From an uncultured Thermoplasmata archaeon (GTDB lineage Archaea > Thermoplasmatota > Thermoplasmata > UBA10834): 64,000 nt of DNA. This document shows, piece after piece, positions 1 to 9,794 of the stretch (the first letter of the stretch is position 1; every line of letters starts with the position of its first letter). The position numbers and the translations under genes were made by a program. The stretch covers positions 86,619 to 150,618 of the forward strand of contig CAWBDD010000015.1 of assembly GCA_963787465.1 (NCBI GenBank), written 5' to 3'. Under the pieces are notes generated by a model that worked only from the letters and a program-made list of their open reading frames with translations, was not told where the DNA came from and ran no database searches.

Positions 1-974
1 CCGGCTCGGTCAGGCCGATCGCCGGCAACATGGACCTGCACATGGAGCTGGAGACGCGCCTCGCGAGGTTCAAGGGCGCGGAGGCCTCGCTCGTGTACCA
101 GACCGGGTTCGCGGCGAACTCCGGACTGATCCCGCAGCTGGTCGATGCCGGTGACCTGATAATCAGCGACGAGCTGAACCACGGGAGCATCATCGACGGC
201 GTCAGGCTGTCGAAGGCGGACAGGACGGTCTACAGGCACGGCGACACGGACGACCTGGCCGTCGTGCTGGCCAAGTCAGAGGAGCACTCTCCGGCCTACC
301 GTAGGATTCTCATCATCACCGACGGTGTGTTCAGCATGGACGGCGACATGGCCCCGTTGGACCGTGTCGCCTCGCTGGCGCACGACCACGGCGCCATGGT
401 CTATGTCGACGACGCCCACGGCGAGGGCGTCCTGGGCGAGGGCGGCCGCGGCATAGTCTCGCATTTCAAGCTTCCGAGGGACCGCGTGCAGGTCGAGATG
501 GGCACGTTCTCGAAGGCGTTCGGCGTCGTGGGCGGCCATGTCTCCGGGAGCAGGGACCTTGTCAACTTCGCCTACAACAAGTCGAGGACATGGCTCCTCA
601 GCGGCTCGCACCCGCCCGCGGTCGTTGCGGCCGCGCTCGCGGCCATAGACGTCCTCGAGACTGAGCCCCATCACGTGAAGAACCTGTGGACGAACACAGA
701 GTACTTCAGGAAAGGTGTCCGGTCGATGGGCTTCGACACGGGCAACAGCGAGACGCCCATAATCCCGGTCATGATAGGGGACAGCGGCGCCGCGAAGAGG
801 TTCAGCCAGATGCTGTTCGAGAACGGGGTGTTCGCGCTACCGATCGTCTTCCCGATGGTCGGCCGGGACAAGGCGCGGATCAGGACGATAATGAACGCCG
901 CCCTGACCAGGGCGGACCTGGACCAGGCGCTGGGCGCGTTCGAGAGGATAGGGAAGCAGCTGAAGCTCGTCTAG
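1..974 (+). CDS. Class-II PLP-dependent acyltransferase (2-amino-3-ketobutyrate CoA ligase / 8-amino-7-oxononanoate synthase family). The 5-prime end is truncated by the window edge.
   Basis: The reading frame is open from nt 1. The motif SDELNHGSIIDG and the layout GVFSMDGD...DDAHG...GTFSKAFG are typical of the KBL/BioF family. Confidence 0.8.
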   Translation, partial: GSVRPIAGNMDLHMELETRLARFKGAEASLVYQTGFAANSGLIPQLVDAGDLIISDELNHGSIIDGVRLSKADRTVYRHGDTDDLAVVLAKSEEHSPAYRRILIITDGVFSMDGDMAPLDRVASLAHDHGAMVYVDDAHGEGVLGEGGRGIVSHFKLPRDRVQVEMGTFSKAFGVVGGHVSGSRDLVNFAYNKSRTWLLSGSHPPAVVAAALAAIDVLETEPHHVKNLWTNTEYFRKGVRSMGFDTGNSETPIIPVMIGDSGAAKRFSQMLFENGVFALPIVFPMVGRDKARIRTIMNAALTRADLDQALGAFERIGKQLKLV

Positions 975-1453
975 TCCTGCTCGTCCTTTTCCTCTTGCCT
1001 CTCCGCGATGGTCACCTTGAACTCCTCCTTCGGGGTCACGACCTCGAAGATGAGGGTGTCGACTATGCCCTTCTCCTTCAGCGACTGCTGCGGAGGGAGC
1101 AGATGGTGCTTCTCGAAGAACGTTGTGAGCTGGTCCCTGCCATCGTCGCTGAGGGCCCTCTTGATCACCGCGGGCCTCTTCCAGAATCCGGATCCGAGCT
1201 TCACGACCGTCCGCCTGCCTTCGATATGGAGGACGACCTCCTCGGAGTTCTTGAGGAAGAACCTGTCCCTCGCTATGGTGGGCACCTCGATCCCCCTCGA
1301 CCTGTTCGGCCCCTGCCAGATGGTGGCCTCGAAGGATTCACCCGATGCGGTCGTCGGGGATGTGTCTGGTGCCTTCGGCGGATATGTCAGGACGTGACAT
1401 GTCGGGCAGAAGATCGCCTCTGTCTCCTTCTTACAGCGATTGCATACCCTCAT
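971..1453 (-). CDS. Hypothetical protein with an N-terminal CxxC...CxxC zinc ribbon.
   Basis: ORF on the minus strand. The likely start is the internal M (MRVCNRCKKE...CPTCH). No family was recognised. Confidence 0.35.
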   Translation of the reverse strand: MRVCNRCKKETEAIFCPTCHVLTYPPKAPDTSPTTASGESFEATIWQGPNRSRGIEVPTIARDRFFLKNSEEVVLHIEGRRTVVKLGSGFWKRPAVIKRALSDDGRDQLTTFFEKHHLLPPQQSLKEKGIVDTLIFEVVTPKEEFKVTIAERQEEKDEQD

Positions 1454-1796
1454 GTGCCATGGTCCCCTGGTTACTGTGGTAAAAGACTCCCTGCACTTCA
1501 AGGTTTGTGCCGACTTCTCAGGCCAGCGGTTGCGATGACCCCGGGGGCTCATCTCTCGCCGTGGTCCTCCAATCCAGTGGCATACATGACGAGATGCAGC
1601 CTCATCCAGTGGTCGGACATGTCGGCCTCCTTCATGGACCCGTGCTTGGCGTACATGCGGTTCGCAACACCGAGACGAGCGAAGGCGTCGTCATGTCACC
1701 GATCATCTTGGTATGACGCAATGCCGCCTCGGTATCTGACCCTTCGGTGGGGAACCCTTAAGGGCGCAATCCACATTCCTGAGTGCGAGGGATATC

Positions 1797-2273
1797 GTGC
1801 CAAAGGTCCTGATCTGCTACTACTCGAGGAGCGGCAACACGAAGAAGATGGCCTACATGATCCAGAAAGGGGTCATGGAGGGGGATGTGGAGGTCGACAC
1901 CAAGGATGTGAAGGACGTGAAGGTCGACGACCTGCTCACGTACGATGGCATCATCCTCGGCTCTCCCACATACTACGGCGGCATGGCCTACCCGATCAAG
2001 GAGCTCCTGGACAAGAGCGTGAAGAGGCATGGCAAGCTGGATGGCAAGGTCGGAGGAGCCTTCACATCGAGCGCCAACATCGGCGGGGGCAACGAGACGA
2101 CCATACTGGGGATACTCCAGGCGATGCTCATACACGGGATGGTCGTGCAGGGAGACCACACCAAGGACCATTATGGCCCCGTCGCGGTGGACGCGCCCAA
2201 CAAGGATGTCGAGAGGTTCTGCATCCGCTACGGACAGCGCTTCGCCAAGCTGGTCCGGACGCTCCACGGCTGA
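1797..2273 (+). CDS. Flavodoxin-like / WrbA-type NAD(P)H:quinone oxidoreductase family protein.
   Basis: ICYYSRSGNTKKMA and GSPTYYGGM motifs. GTG start with GAGGGA located 7 nt upstream. Confidence 0.7.
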   Translation: MPKVLICYYSRSGNTKKMAYMIQKGVMEGDVEVDTKDVKDVKVDDLLTYDGIILGSPTYYGGMAYPIKELLDKSVKRHGKLDGKVGGAFTSSANIGGGNETTILGILQAMLIHGMVVQGDHTKDHYGPVAVDAPNKDVERFCIRYGQRFAKLVRTLHG

Positions 2274-2381
2274 GGCGGGCGCACCGTCAGGCGGTACACG
2301 GGTGGGCGAAGTGCATCGGGTAGATGTCCCCGGAGACCTTGCCGGTGTCAGCGTATCTGCATACCTGTAGATCGCGCGCAC

Positions 2382-5300
2382 TCACAGGCGGTTCAGGTCG
2401 TCCGTCCTGGACGTCTCGTGCTTCTTCTTGCGTGAGGGGGTGGGCTCTCCCTCCTCCTCATCTCCGCCGCGCTCCTCGTCCGCCTCCTCCTCTGGCTCCT
2501 CTCCCCGCGGTGCAGGGCGTTTCCTCCTCGGCTCCTTCGGCTCAGGCTCCTCCCCACTCAGCGGGGTGTTGCACCTCGGGCATCTGTCTGAGCCCCGGAT
2601 GCACTCCTTGCATAGGATCGCCTTGCACTTGCCGCACCTAGCCACCGCGATCCCGCCGTGGAACAGGCATCTCCTCCCGACGAGGTCGGAGGGGGTCTGC
2701 TGCTGGTCGTCGGCCTTGGGCCTGCCGCCTCTCGCCCGCTCCTGTGGGCGGGTCTGCTCCTCCTCGCGGGTCTTGCGCTGGGGCGGTCCGAGCCTGGACT
2801 CCTCCGCCTTCTCCTCCCGCTCGCGAGGCCCTCTCCTCGGCGTCCTCGGTTCGTCTGGGCGCTCCTTCCGCCCGCCGGCGGACCTCTCGTCGTACGCCTC
2901 GTACTGACCGTATCCCTGGCTGACGATCGACCCCACCTTTATGGACGGGGTCTCGAAGCCGCCTCCTCTGAAGCTCTGCAGGATCGTGACAAGCTGCTTG
3001 GCCTGGTACACGCCCACGCCAAGGTTCCTGATGAGTCCGAGCACGCTCTTCTGCTCGTCCGGGACGTCGAGCGCCTGCCTCAGCAGAGCGTCGGTCTGCG
3101 GGTCCGTCACCTTCGTGCCGAACTGATGCTCCTCGACCGCCTGGATGTAACTGAGCACCTTCTTCGCGGTGGCGATCTTCAGCTCCGGGAAATTGACCGT
3201 GATGTCGCAGAGCCTGAGCCCATGCTGCGCAAGGTCCCTCGTGTCCATGGTGTTCACCAGGACCTCGCGGGAGATCTTCTCGAACCTCTCGAAGTCCTCC
3301 TTCTTCATGCCGGACAGGCCGACGACCTCCTTTCCGCTGAGGTAGTCGAGCACGTCCCCAAGGAAGGCGTACGGGATGCCGCACACCTTGAACGCCTCCT
3401 CCTTGGTGACGGGCCTTCCGTTCTTGTACTCGAAGTCCAGCACGGATCGGGAGTAGTCCTCGATCTTCGTCCTGCGGATCTCGAACTCGGCGTGCTTCCT
3501 CCCCTCGGAGGCCGCCTCGAAGTAGGGGTCGATGCTCAGGGCGTGGTCGAAGCATCTGAGCGCCTGCTCGGGTCGTCCCAGCTTCGACATCACCGCCCCC
3601 TTGCTCTTCCACGCCTCCTTGTCGTTCGAGTCCAGGGCGATCGCCCGGTCGTACGCACTGGATGCATCCTCGAAGAGCTCCTGCTTCTCCATGGCATAGC
3701 CCTTGCTCATCCAGATCTTGGAGTTGGAGGAATCGACATCGATCGCCTTGTCGAAGCACGCGTCCGCCTGCTGGTATCTGCCCAGCTCCATGTGGAGCAT
3801 GCCCATCCTGTACCAGGAAGACTGGTCCTGGGGGTCCTTCTCAAGTGCCTTCGTGTAGGATGCGACGGCACCCTCCTTGTCGCCGACGGACTCGCATGCC
3901 TTCGCCCTGCTCGTCCAGAGGTCCCTGTCGTCCATTCCGAGTCTGATAGCTTCGTCGAAGCTCCCAAGGGCCTCGGAGACGCGGTTCAGTTTCAGCAGGG
4001 CCATGCCGAGGTACTTCAGGGCGGATGGGTCCTTGGGCGCCAGTCTCCTCGCCTCGTTGAACGATGCTATGCTGTCGTCGAACCTGCCGAGCGTGGCCAA
4101 CGCCCTGCCATCGTTCACGTGGAACTCGGGCACATTGGGCAGTATCTTGATCGCCTTCCTGAAGTCGGTAAGGGCCTCGTCGGTCCTCCTTAGCTCCAGG
4201 AACGCCCGGCCCCTGTTGTTGAGCACGAACGGCTGGTTCGGGTCGAGCCGGATGGCGTTGTCGAAGGCCTCGGCAGCCTGTGCGGGCTTCCCCGCCCCCA
4301 GCTGCAACAGCCCCTTCCTGTTGAGTGTGAATACATCCCTGGGATCGAGCTCCAGGGCCTCCTCGTAGCTCTTGAGCGCGTCCTCGTTGCGACCGAGCTT
4401 CTCGAGGGCACTGGCCCGGTCCGCGTGGGCGTGCTTGTTCTTGGGGCTCAGGTCCAGGATGCGGTCGCACACATGGACGACGGCCTCCTGGTCGTCCAGC
4501 TCCTTGAGGGCGTTCTTCTTGAGCTCGAGAGTGTCGAGGTCGTCCTTGTCGATGTCCAGCGCCTTGTTGAATGCGGAGAGCGCGTCGTGCGGCCTCCTGA
4601 GAAGCAGCGAGGCGCTGCCCTTGTCCACTAGAGTCTCCTTGTCCTTGGGCGAGATGGCGAGTATGAGGTCTGCTACGGCGACGACCTCGTCGTGCCGTTT
4701 CTGGGTCTTCAGCACCTCCTTCTTCCCCTTCAGCGCTGTCATGTTGTTCGGGTTGACCTTGACGGCCGCATCGTACGCGAGGATTGCCTCGTCCCCCCTG
4801 TCAAGCTTGGTGAGGATCGCAGCCTCCTTCATGCGCAGGTCCGGGGATGCCGGGTTCCAGTGCACGGCCTCCCTGATCGCGATGAGGGAGTCCTCGTGTC
4901 TCTCCAGCCATTCCAGGGCCTGGGCCTTGAGCTGCCACGCCTCGGCGTCGTGCGGGTCTAGGCCGAGAGCCTGCTCGTACGCCCCGAGAGCCTGCTCGTA
5001 TCTCTTCAACTCGGTCAACGACCTGCCAAGGGACTTGAGCGCCCCCTTGTCGTTGTGATCGAGGTCGGCCGTCCTCTTGTAGGAGTCGGCGGCGAGATCG
5101 AAGTCCTTGGCCGCGAACGCGGCCTCTCCGCGCATCCTCCAGAGCGGGGCGCTTGTCTGGTTCGAGGCGGTCCCCTGTCTGGAATAGTCGAGCGATTCGG
5201 TCGGCTTCCCCAGGCGGAGGTACAGTGCGGCGATGTTGTAGAAGATGTCCGCGCTTGCGGGGTCGTTCTTGAGGGCGACCTTGTAGGCGGCGACGGCATC

Positions 5301-6806
5301 ATCATTCCTGTCCATCCTGTCGAGCGCCACCGCCTTGTCGAAGGTCCCCTCCTTGTCGGCGGGGTCGATGGCCAGGATTCTGTTGCATGCATCGACGACA
5401 CTCACATCGTTGTTCAGCTGCTTGTACGCGTCCTTGAGCGTAAGGAGGAGAGGCAACTTCTGCGGCGCGGTCTTCAAGGCCTTCTCGAGCGTCTTCGTCG
5501 CATCCCCCGGCCTGCCGAGCTTGATCTGGGCGACGGCCTTGTCGTGCATCGCGTCGTGGTCGGATGGGTCCACATCGAGCATCTTGGTGCACCAGGCGAC
5601 GACGTCAGCGTGTCTGCCCAGCTTGATCAGGCACTCCTTCTTCAGGTTCATCGCGCCCTTGTTGTTGGGGGCCAGCTTGAGCGCCGCGTCGGCGAAGGCG
5701 ACGCATTCCTGGTGCCTATCCAGCGCATGCAGTGCCCTGGCCTTGTCCAGCAGAGCGTCGTGGTCCCTCGGGTTGAGTACGATTATCCTGTCGCATGTCG
5801 TGAGGGCGTCCGCGTATCTCGCGGTCTTCACCTGGGTCTTCCTCTTGTTGGTGAGCACGGTGAGGTCGTTCGGGTCGATGGTCAGCGCGTGGTCGAAGGA
5901 TTCGATCGCGTGGTCAGTGTCATTGACCTCCTCCTGCACAACCCCCAGCTCGTTCCAGAGCACCTTGCTGCCAGGGTCGAGCTCGGTCCCCTTCTTGAAA
6001 TGCTCGAGCGCCTCGTCGCGCCTCCCGAGCTTGTGCTCGATCCTACCCATGTTGTCCAGCACGTACACATCCTCTGGGGCTATCCTGAATGCCTGCTGGA
6101 GGGAAGCGAGGGCGCCCTCGCTCTTCCCGGTGGAGTTCAGGGCCGCGGCGTGTCCGATCCAGAGGTCCTTGTCCTTCGGGTCGACCTCCGTCCCTGCCTT
6201 GTAGGTGGCGGCAGCTTCGTCGTGCCTCCCCAGTCGTGCGAGGACGGTCCCCTTGGTCTTGATGAGGGTCGTGTCGCGCGGAGTGTGAGCGAGTATCTTG
6301 TCGTAATTACGTATGTTGTCAGGCTGTATTGTGAGGGCGCGCCTGTAACTATCGATGGCTCCCTCGACCTGCCCGATGGATTCCTGCGCGTCGCCCAGCA
6401 TCGACCATAGTTCCGGCTGGTGAGGCGCGATTGTGACCGCGTTCCTGAGCCATCCCAGGCCCGTGTCCCGGTTGCCGAGTCTCAGCGCAGCGCGTCCTGC
6501 GACGCCCATGGCCTGTGGGTTCTGAGGGTTGAGCTGCAGCGCCACCAGTGCGGCATCCTGGGCGTCGTGCGCGCGGTCGAACAAGAGGTGGCTCATCCCG
6601 AGCTCCGCGAAGATGTCGGAGAACTCTTTCCGCATCTTGGAGACGAACATCATGTTCTCCTTCAGCATCGCGGTCGTCTTCCCGAGTTCCACGATTGCCT
6701 CAGGACGGTGTCCGCTCCGGTCCAGAGCTTCCACTCTGGACAGCTCTTTCTTGGCTCTATTCAAGAGCTTGCTCTCTCTGCTGAACAAGGAGTCCAATAC
6801 GCCCAA
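2382..6806 (-). CDS. Giant TPR-repeat protein (1474 aa) with a C-terminal globular domain, a charged linker and a binuclear Cys/His zinc finger.
   Basis: Dozens of 34-residue TPR units (W-LG-Y-A-F-A-P patterns). The C-terminus is CLFHGGIAVARCGKCKAILCKECIRGSDRCPRCNTP followed by a KR/E-rich tail. Confidence 0.85.
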   Translation of the reverse strand: MGVLDSLFSRESKLLNRAKKELSRVEALDRSGHRPEAIVELGKTTAMLKENMMFVSKMRKEFSDIFAELGMSHLLFDRAHDAQDAALVALQLNPQNPQAMGVAGRAALRLGNRDTGLGWLRNAVTIAPHQPELWSMLGDAQESIGQVEGAIDSYRRALTIQPDNIRNYDKILAHTPRDTTLIKTKGTVLARLGRHDEAAATYKAGTEVDPKDKDLWIGHAAALNSTGKSEGALASLQQAFRIAPEDVYVLDNMGRIEHKLGRRDEALEHFKKGTELDPGSKVLWNELGVVQEEVNDTDHAIESFDHALTIDPNDLTVLTNKRKTQVKTARYADALTTCDRIIVLNPRDHDALLDKARALHALDRHQECVAFADAALKLAPNNKGAMNLKKECLIKLGRHADVVAWCTKMLDVDPSDHDAMHDKAVAQIKLGRPGDATKTLEKALKTAPQKLPLLLTLKDAYKQLNNDVSVVDACNRILAIDPADKEGTFDKAVALDRMDRNDDAVAAYKVALKNDPASADIFYNIAALYLRLGKPTESLDYSRQGTASNQTSAPLWRMRGEAAFAAKDFDLAADSYKRTADLDHNDKGALKSLGRSLTELKRYEQALGAYEQALGLDPHDAEAWQLKAQALEWLERHEDSLIAIREAVHWNPASPDLRMKEAAILTKLDRGDEAILAYDAAVKVNPNNMTALKGKKEVLKTQKRHDEVVAVADLILAISPKDKETLVDKGSASLLLRRPHDALSAFNKALDIDKDDLDTLELKKNALKELDDQEAVVHVCDRILDLSPKNKHAHADRASALEKLGRNEDALKSYEEALELDPRDVFTLNRKGLLQLGAGKPAQAAEAFDNAIRLDPNQPFVLNNRGRAFLELRRTDEALTDFRKAIKILPNVPEFHVNDGRALATLGRFDDSIASFNEARRLAPKDPSALKYLGMALLKLNRVSEALGSFDEAIRLGMDDRDLWTSRAKACESVGDKEGAVASYTKALEKDPQDQSSWYRMGMLHMELGRYQQADACFDKAIDVDSSNSKIWMSKGYAMEKQELFEDASSAYDRAIALDSNDKEAWKSKGAVMSKLGRPEQALRCFDHALSIDPYFEAASEGRKHAEFEIRRTKIEDYSRSVLDFEYKNGRPVTKEEAFKVCGIPYAFLGDVLDYLSGKEVVGLSGMKKEDFERFEKISREVLVNTMDTRDLAQHGLRLCDITVNFPELKIATAKKVLSYIQAVEEHQFGTKVTDPQTDALLRQALDVPDEQKSVLGLIRNLGVGVYQAKQLVTILQSFRGGGFETPSIKVGSIVSQGYGQYEAYDERSAGGRKERPDEPRTPRRGPREREEKAEESRLGPPQRKTREEEQTRPQERARGGRPKADDQQQTPSDLVGRRCLFHGGIAVARCGKCKAILCKECIRGSDRCPRCNTPLSGEEPEPKEPRRKRPAPRGEEPEEEADEERGGDEEEGEPTPSRKKKHETSRTDDLNRL

Positions 6807-7118
6807 TTACGTGTCCCACCTGGCTGTCGACCTAATACTGTTGTCGCGATAAAACAATTTCCGGTCGAGGATCAAAACGGGTCCGGTGCTCATCAAGAGA
6901 CTGTCCGACGCACATCGTGCTCGTTTCGCACCTGTAGATCGGAGTTGCGAGCATTCCAGTGCAGAAATCTCTACGAGATTTCTCATTGAACCGAAGGGCT
7001 CTAGTCAGACGATTGTGGCATGTCAACTGCGTCATTCTGCGAACCTATAAATATACCAAACGAATATTAGGCCAATCAGCTGACAAATCGTCAGACAAAC
7101 CTATTAGGATGGGATGCA

Positions 7119-7343
7119 ATGACGCGCAGGAATGCGGTGCGCCAGGCGGCGGCTGCCAACGCACAGGCGATTGACTGGGTTCAAACCCACACGCTGAGGG
7201 ACCTGGAGAATCTCGTGAACGAGATGTCCGACCTCGGAGCAGATGTCAACGACATCGTCGGTCTCTTGGATGATCTGAAGGAGATCGATCGTGGCCTGCA
7301 TCTTGGAGCAGAACCAGTTCCTGAGGCATGTGAGTACGCGTGA
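7119..7343 (+). CDS. Small hypothetical protein (74 aa).
   Basis: ATG ORF downstream of a TATA-like box at 7046-7053. No homology recognised. Confidence 0.3.
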   Translation: MTRRNAVRQAAAANAQAIDWVQTHTLRDLENLVNEMSDLGADVNDIVGLLDDLKEIDRGLHLGAEPVPEACEYA

Positions 7344-7362
7344 ATCGCGGGAAGTGAGTACA

Positions 7363-7551
7363 ATGTTTGGAACCAAGAAATCGAAACAGACGACTATGCC
7401 GTCGGAAGACGACTACGAAAGCTACGAACACAAGAGAGTCGCCGAGTTTCACCCGCACTGCTTCATCCAGCAGCTTGCGCTGGCTGAGGCGAAGCAGTTT
7501 GACGAGGTCTACGCAATGGCACACGAGCCTGCGCATGGAGAAGAGGAGTAG
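7363..7551 (+). CDS. Small hypothetical protein (62 aa).
   Basis: ATG preceded by GGAAGTGAG. Acidic small protein with no family recognised. Confidence 0.25.
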   Translation: MFGTKKSKQTTMPSEDDYESYEHKRVAEFHPHCFIQQLALAEAKQFDEVYAMAHEPAHGEEE

Positions 7552-7611
7552 ACTGTAGACCTGCAGTTACAAGATTGCAGAGGGCTAAGCTGAAACTCAA
7601 TGGAACGAAAG

Positions 7612-7725
7612 TGCAGGTGCCGGGATTCGAACCCGGGCCGTTGGCTTTCGTCCCTCTCCAATTTTTCATTCTTCTCTGGAGAGAAGTTGGAAGGCCAAAA
7701 TCCTAACCAGCTAGATTACACCTGC
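7612..7725 (-). tRNA. tRNA-Gly(UCC) with an intron of about 41 nt adjacent to the anticodon loop. CCA is not encoded.
   Basis: Folded by hand. Acceptor stem GCAGGTG/CACCTGC, D-arm ATCT..GGAT, anticodon stem TTGGC/GCCAA, loop CTTCCAA (U33, anticodon UCC, A37), T-arm CCGGG-TTCGAAT-CCCGG, discriminator A. The 41 nt between the loop and the 3-prime stem strand contain internal inverted repeats (CTTCTCT/AGAGAAG). Confidence 0.7.
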
Positions 7726-7867
7726 TCGAGTTGCGGAAACGTCTTCCCCGATAAATAGCTTGTTTCTCCCACAGGGTCGCCTGGCCGTCCACCGCATGAC
7801 GGCGGTCTCCGCCCAAAGCAGATGCTCTGCTCCATTAATATCCTGGGAACGCCTTTTCGCCATTGGG

Positions 7868-9790
7868 ATGATGGGCATCCACAACTCGTCCGAAGGCTCG
7901 GTTGCAGGAGGGGGCACTCGGATGGATGACGGCGGCGACACCGACCTTGCCAACAAGGTGCTTGAGATTGCTCTCTCGGTCCTGTATCACAGGGACGAGA
8001 ACCGGATCATCGAGATGGTCGGCCAATCCATGTTGGACCTCTTCCCGGTCTCGAAGACCGTGATCTACCTCAGGGACCCTGCGTCCGGAGAGTGGCGCGT
8101 CAGAGCAGTCTTCGGGTATCCAAAGGCCCAGGCTGACGGGATCAGGAGTGTGGCGTACTCCAAGGACAACTGGAAGGAGACGCTCAGGATATCTGAGCGG
8201 GTAGGATCTCTTTCGTACCTCGCACTCGGCGAGTACGTCCAGATGGACGATTTCGACACCGCCTTCTACTGGCATCTCCCCAAGGAGATTCCTCCCAGGA
8301 AGTCCCCGGACGATTGGCACATGCTCGATTTCATCGACACTCTGCTGTTCGACAGGGACGGCAGGGAGCTCGGGGCAATCGAGATACTGGAGACGACGAG
8401 CCGCAAGAAGCTCGGCAGGGATGTCATCGCGCAGATCGACCTGCTGGCCGCGGTCGCATCCATAGCGATCGAACTGTCGAGCATATGGAGGAACCAAGAG
8501 CAGCTCGTCACGGCGAACAGCAATCGTGCAAGGATGTTCGCGAAGATGCTGGACCTGACGACCGCCATAGTATCGATGCGTGACAGGGAGAGGGTCCTCG
8601 AGGCGGCGGTCGACTTCCTCTCGTTCGAACTGGGGTTCGCCAACTCCATCGCCGCGCTATGGGACCCGCGGGAAGGGGCATTCAGGGTGGTCGCGACCAG
8701 CAGCTACAGGCCGACCGCGCCGGCGTTATCCAGAGCCGTCGTCGACTCCGACTGCGATGTCACGTACAGGTTCACTGAGAACCTGTTCTGGGTCCCTATG
8801 GAGCAGATCGCCGAGGACAGGCTCTCGTCGCCCCCGATATCAGACGATCAGGGGGCCCGGATAAAGGAGCTCATGGACGGCCCGATCACCAATGAGACCG
8901 AAGGCACGCGCAGGAAGAACGACCTGTTCGTCGTCCCACTCAGAGGCGGCGACGATGACCTGGCTGGAGTCATCTACGGGACCGATTGGCGAGGTGCCGG
9001 AATCTTCGAGAAGGATCTGCTCGAGGTCATGAGCGTGTTCGGGTCCACCGTGTCTCTCGCCTTCAGGAACTCCGGCCTCATCGGAGAGATTATCCAGACG
9101 AACGAGAACCAGGAGGTGCTGAGCCGTCTCCTCTTCCATGACATCAGCAACTACAACACATCCCTGGACTTCTACCTCGGGATGTGCGCGAGGCCGGGGG
9201 CCAGTGACGAGGAGCGCGCCCAGGCCGTCGCCAAGGCCAGGAAGCAGCTCGAGATGAGCAACGCGCTGATCAACCGGGTCCGGAGGCTTGTCTACATCAA
9301 GGAGAAGGGGTCCGAGAACCTCGCGGAGGTCGATCTCGTGGCCGTGCTCGCGAAGTTGGCGGACGAGGTCAGGGAGATGAAGATAGAGAAGAAGGTCACG
9401 GTCACTCTCAGGACGGACGTCGACCACGCGACGGTGCGCGCGAACGACCTGGTCCACGACCTCTTCGAGAACATCATGACGAACTCGGTGAAATACACCC
9501 AGGGCGAGCAGGTGGCGGTGGATGTGGCTCTCGGGAAGACCGTGGATGCAGGCCGCGAATGGTGGGAGGTCACTGTCGCAGACCACGGGATCGGGATACC
9601 GGACGACAAGAAGGAGATGATCTTCCAGCGGTTCGCGCCGCGGCTGGCGGGCAGCAGGGGCATAGGCCTCGGCCTGTCCATTGTGAAATCGATAGTCGAG
9701 CGCTACGGTGGGCGCATCTGGGTCGACGACAGGGTCAAGGATGACCACTCTCAGGGCGCGACGTTCCACGTCCTGCTTCCGGCCGTCTGA
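7868..9790 (+). CDS. Sensor histidine kinase with two GAF domains and a HisKA/HATPase_c core.
   Basis: The C-terminus shows H-box, N, G1 (DHGIGI) and G2 (GIGLGLSIV) motifs. The leaderless start at 7868 is chosen because a TATA-like box (ATTAATAT) sits about 30 nt upstream. The ORF track starts it at 7760. Confidence 0.75.
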   Translation: MMGIHNSSEGSVAGGGTRMDDGGDTDLANKVLEIALSVLYHRDENRIIEMVGQSMLDLFPVSKTVIYLRDPASGEWRVRAVFGYPKAQADGIRSVAYSKDNWKETLRISERVGSLSYLALGEYVQMDDFDTAFYWHLPKEIPPRKSPDDWHMLDFIDTLLFDRDGRELGAIEILETTSRKKLGRDVIAQIDLLAAVASIAIELSSIWRNQEQLVTANSNRARMFAKMLDLTTAIVSMRDRERVLEAAVDFLSFELGFANSIAALWDPREGAFRVVATSSYRPTAPALSRAVVDSDCDVTYRFTENLFWVPMEQIAEDRLSSPPISDDQGARIKELMDGPITNETEGTRRKNDLFVVPLRGGDDDLAGVIYGTDWRGAGIFEKDLLEVMSVFGSTVSLAFRNSGLIGEIIQTNENQEVLSRLLFHDISNYNTSLDFYLGMCARPGASDEERAQAVAKARKQLEMSNALINRVRRLVYIKEKGSENLAEVDLVAVLAKLADEVREMKIEKKVTVTLRTDVDHATVRANDLVHDLFENIMTNSVKYTQGEQVAVDVALGKTVDAGREWWEVTVADHGIGIPDDKKEMIFQRFAPRLAGSRGIGLGLSIVKSIVERYGGRIWVDDRVKDDHSQGATFHVLLPAV

Positions 9791-9794
9791 AGCG

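Noticed and set aside
2658-4193. Long ORFs on the opposite strand of the TPR gene (for example the 511-aa ORF at 2658..4193 on the plus strand and the 373-aa ORF at 2638..3759 on the minus strand).
   Set aside because: These are Arg/Pro/Gly-rich low-complexity translations, typical of antisense frames in 60%+ GC DNA. The TPR frame carries the real signal.
7612-7725. Interpretation of the intron-containing tRNA as tRNA-Trp(CCA), the classic archaeal intron host.
   Set aside because: Reading CCA requires an extra nucleotide at position 26 and leaves a C-A mismatch in the anticodon stem. The UCC reading gives a perfect 5-bp stem (TTGGC/GCCAA) and the canonical CUUCCAA loop.
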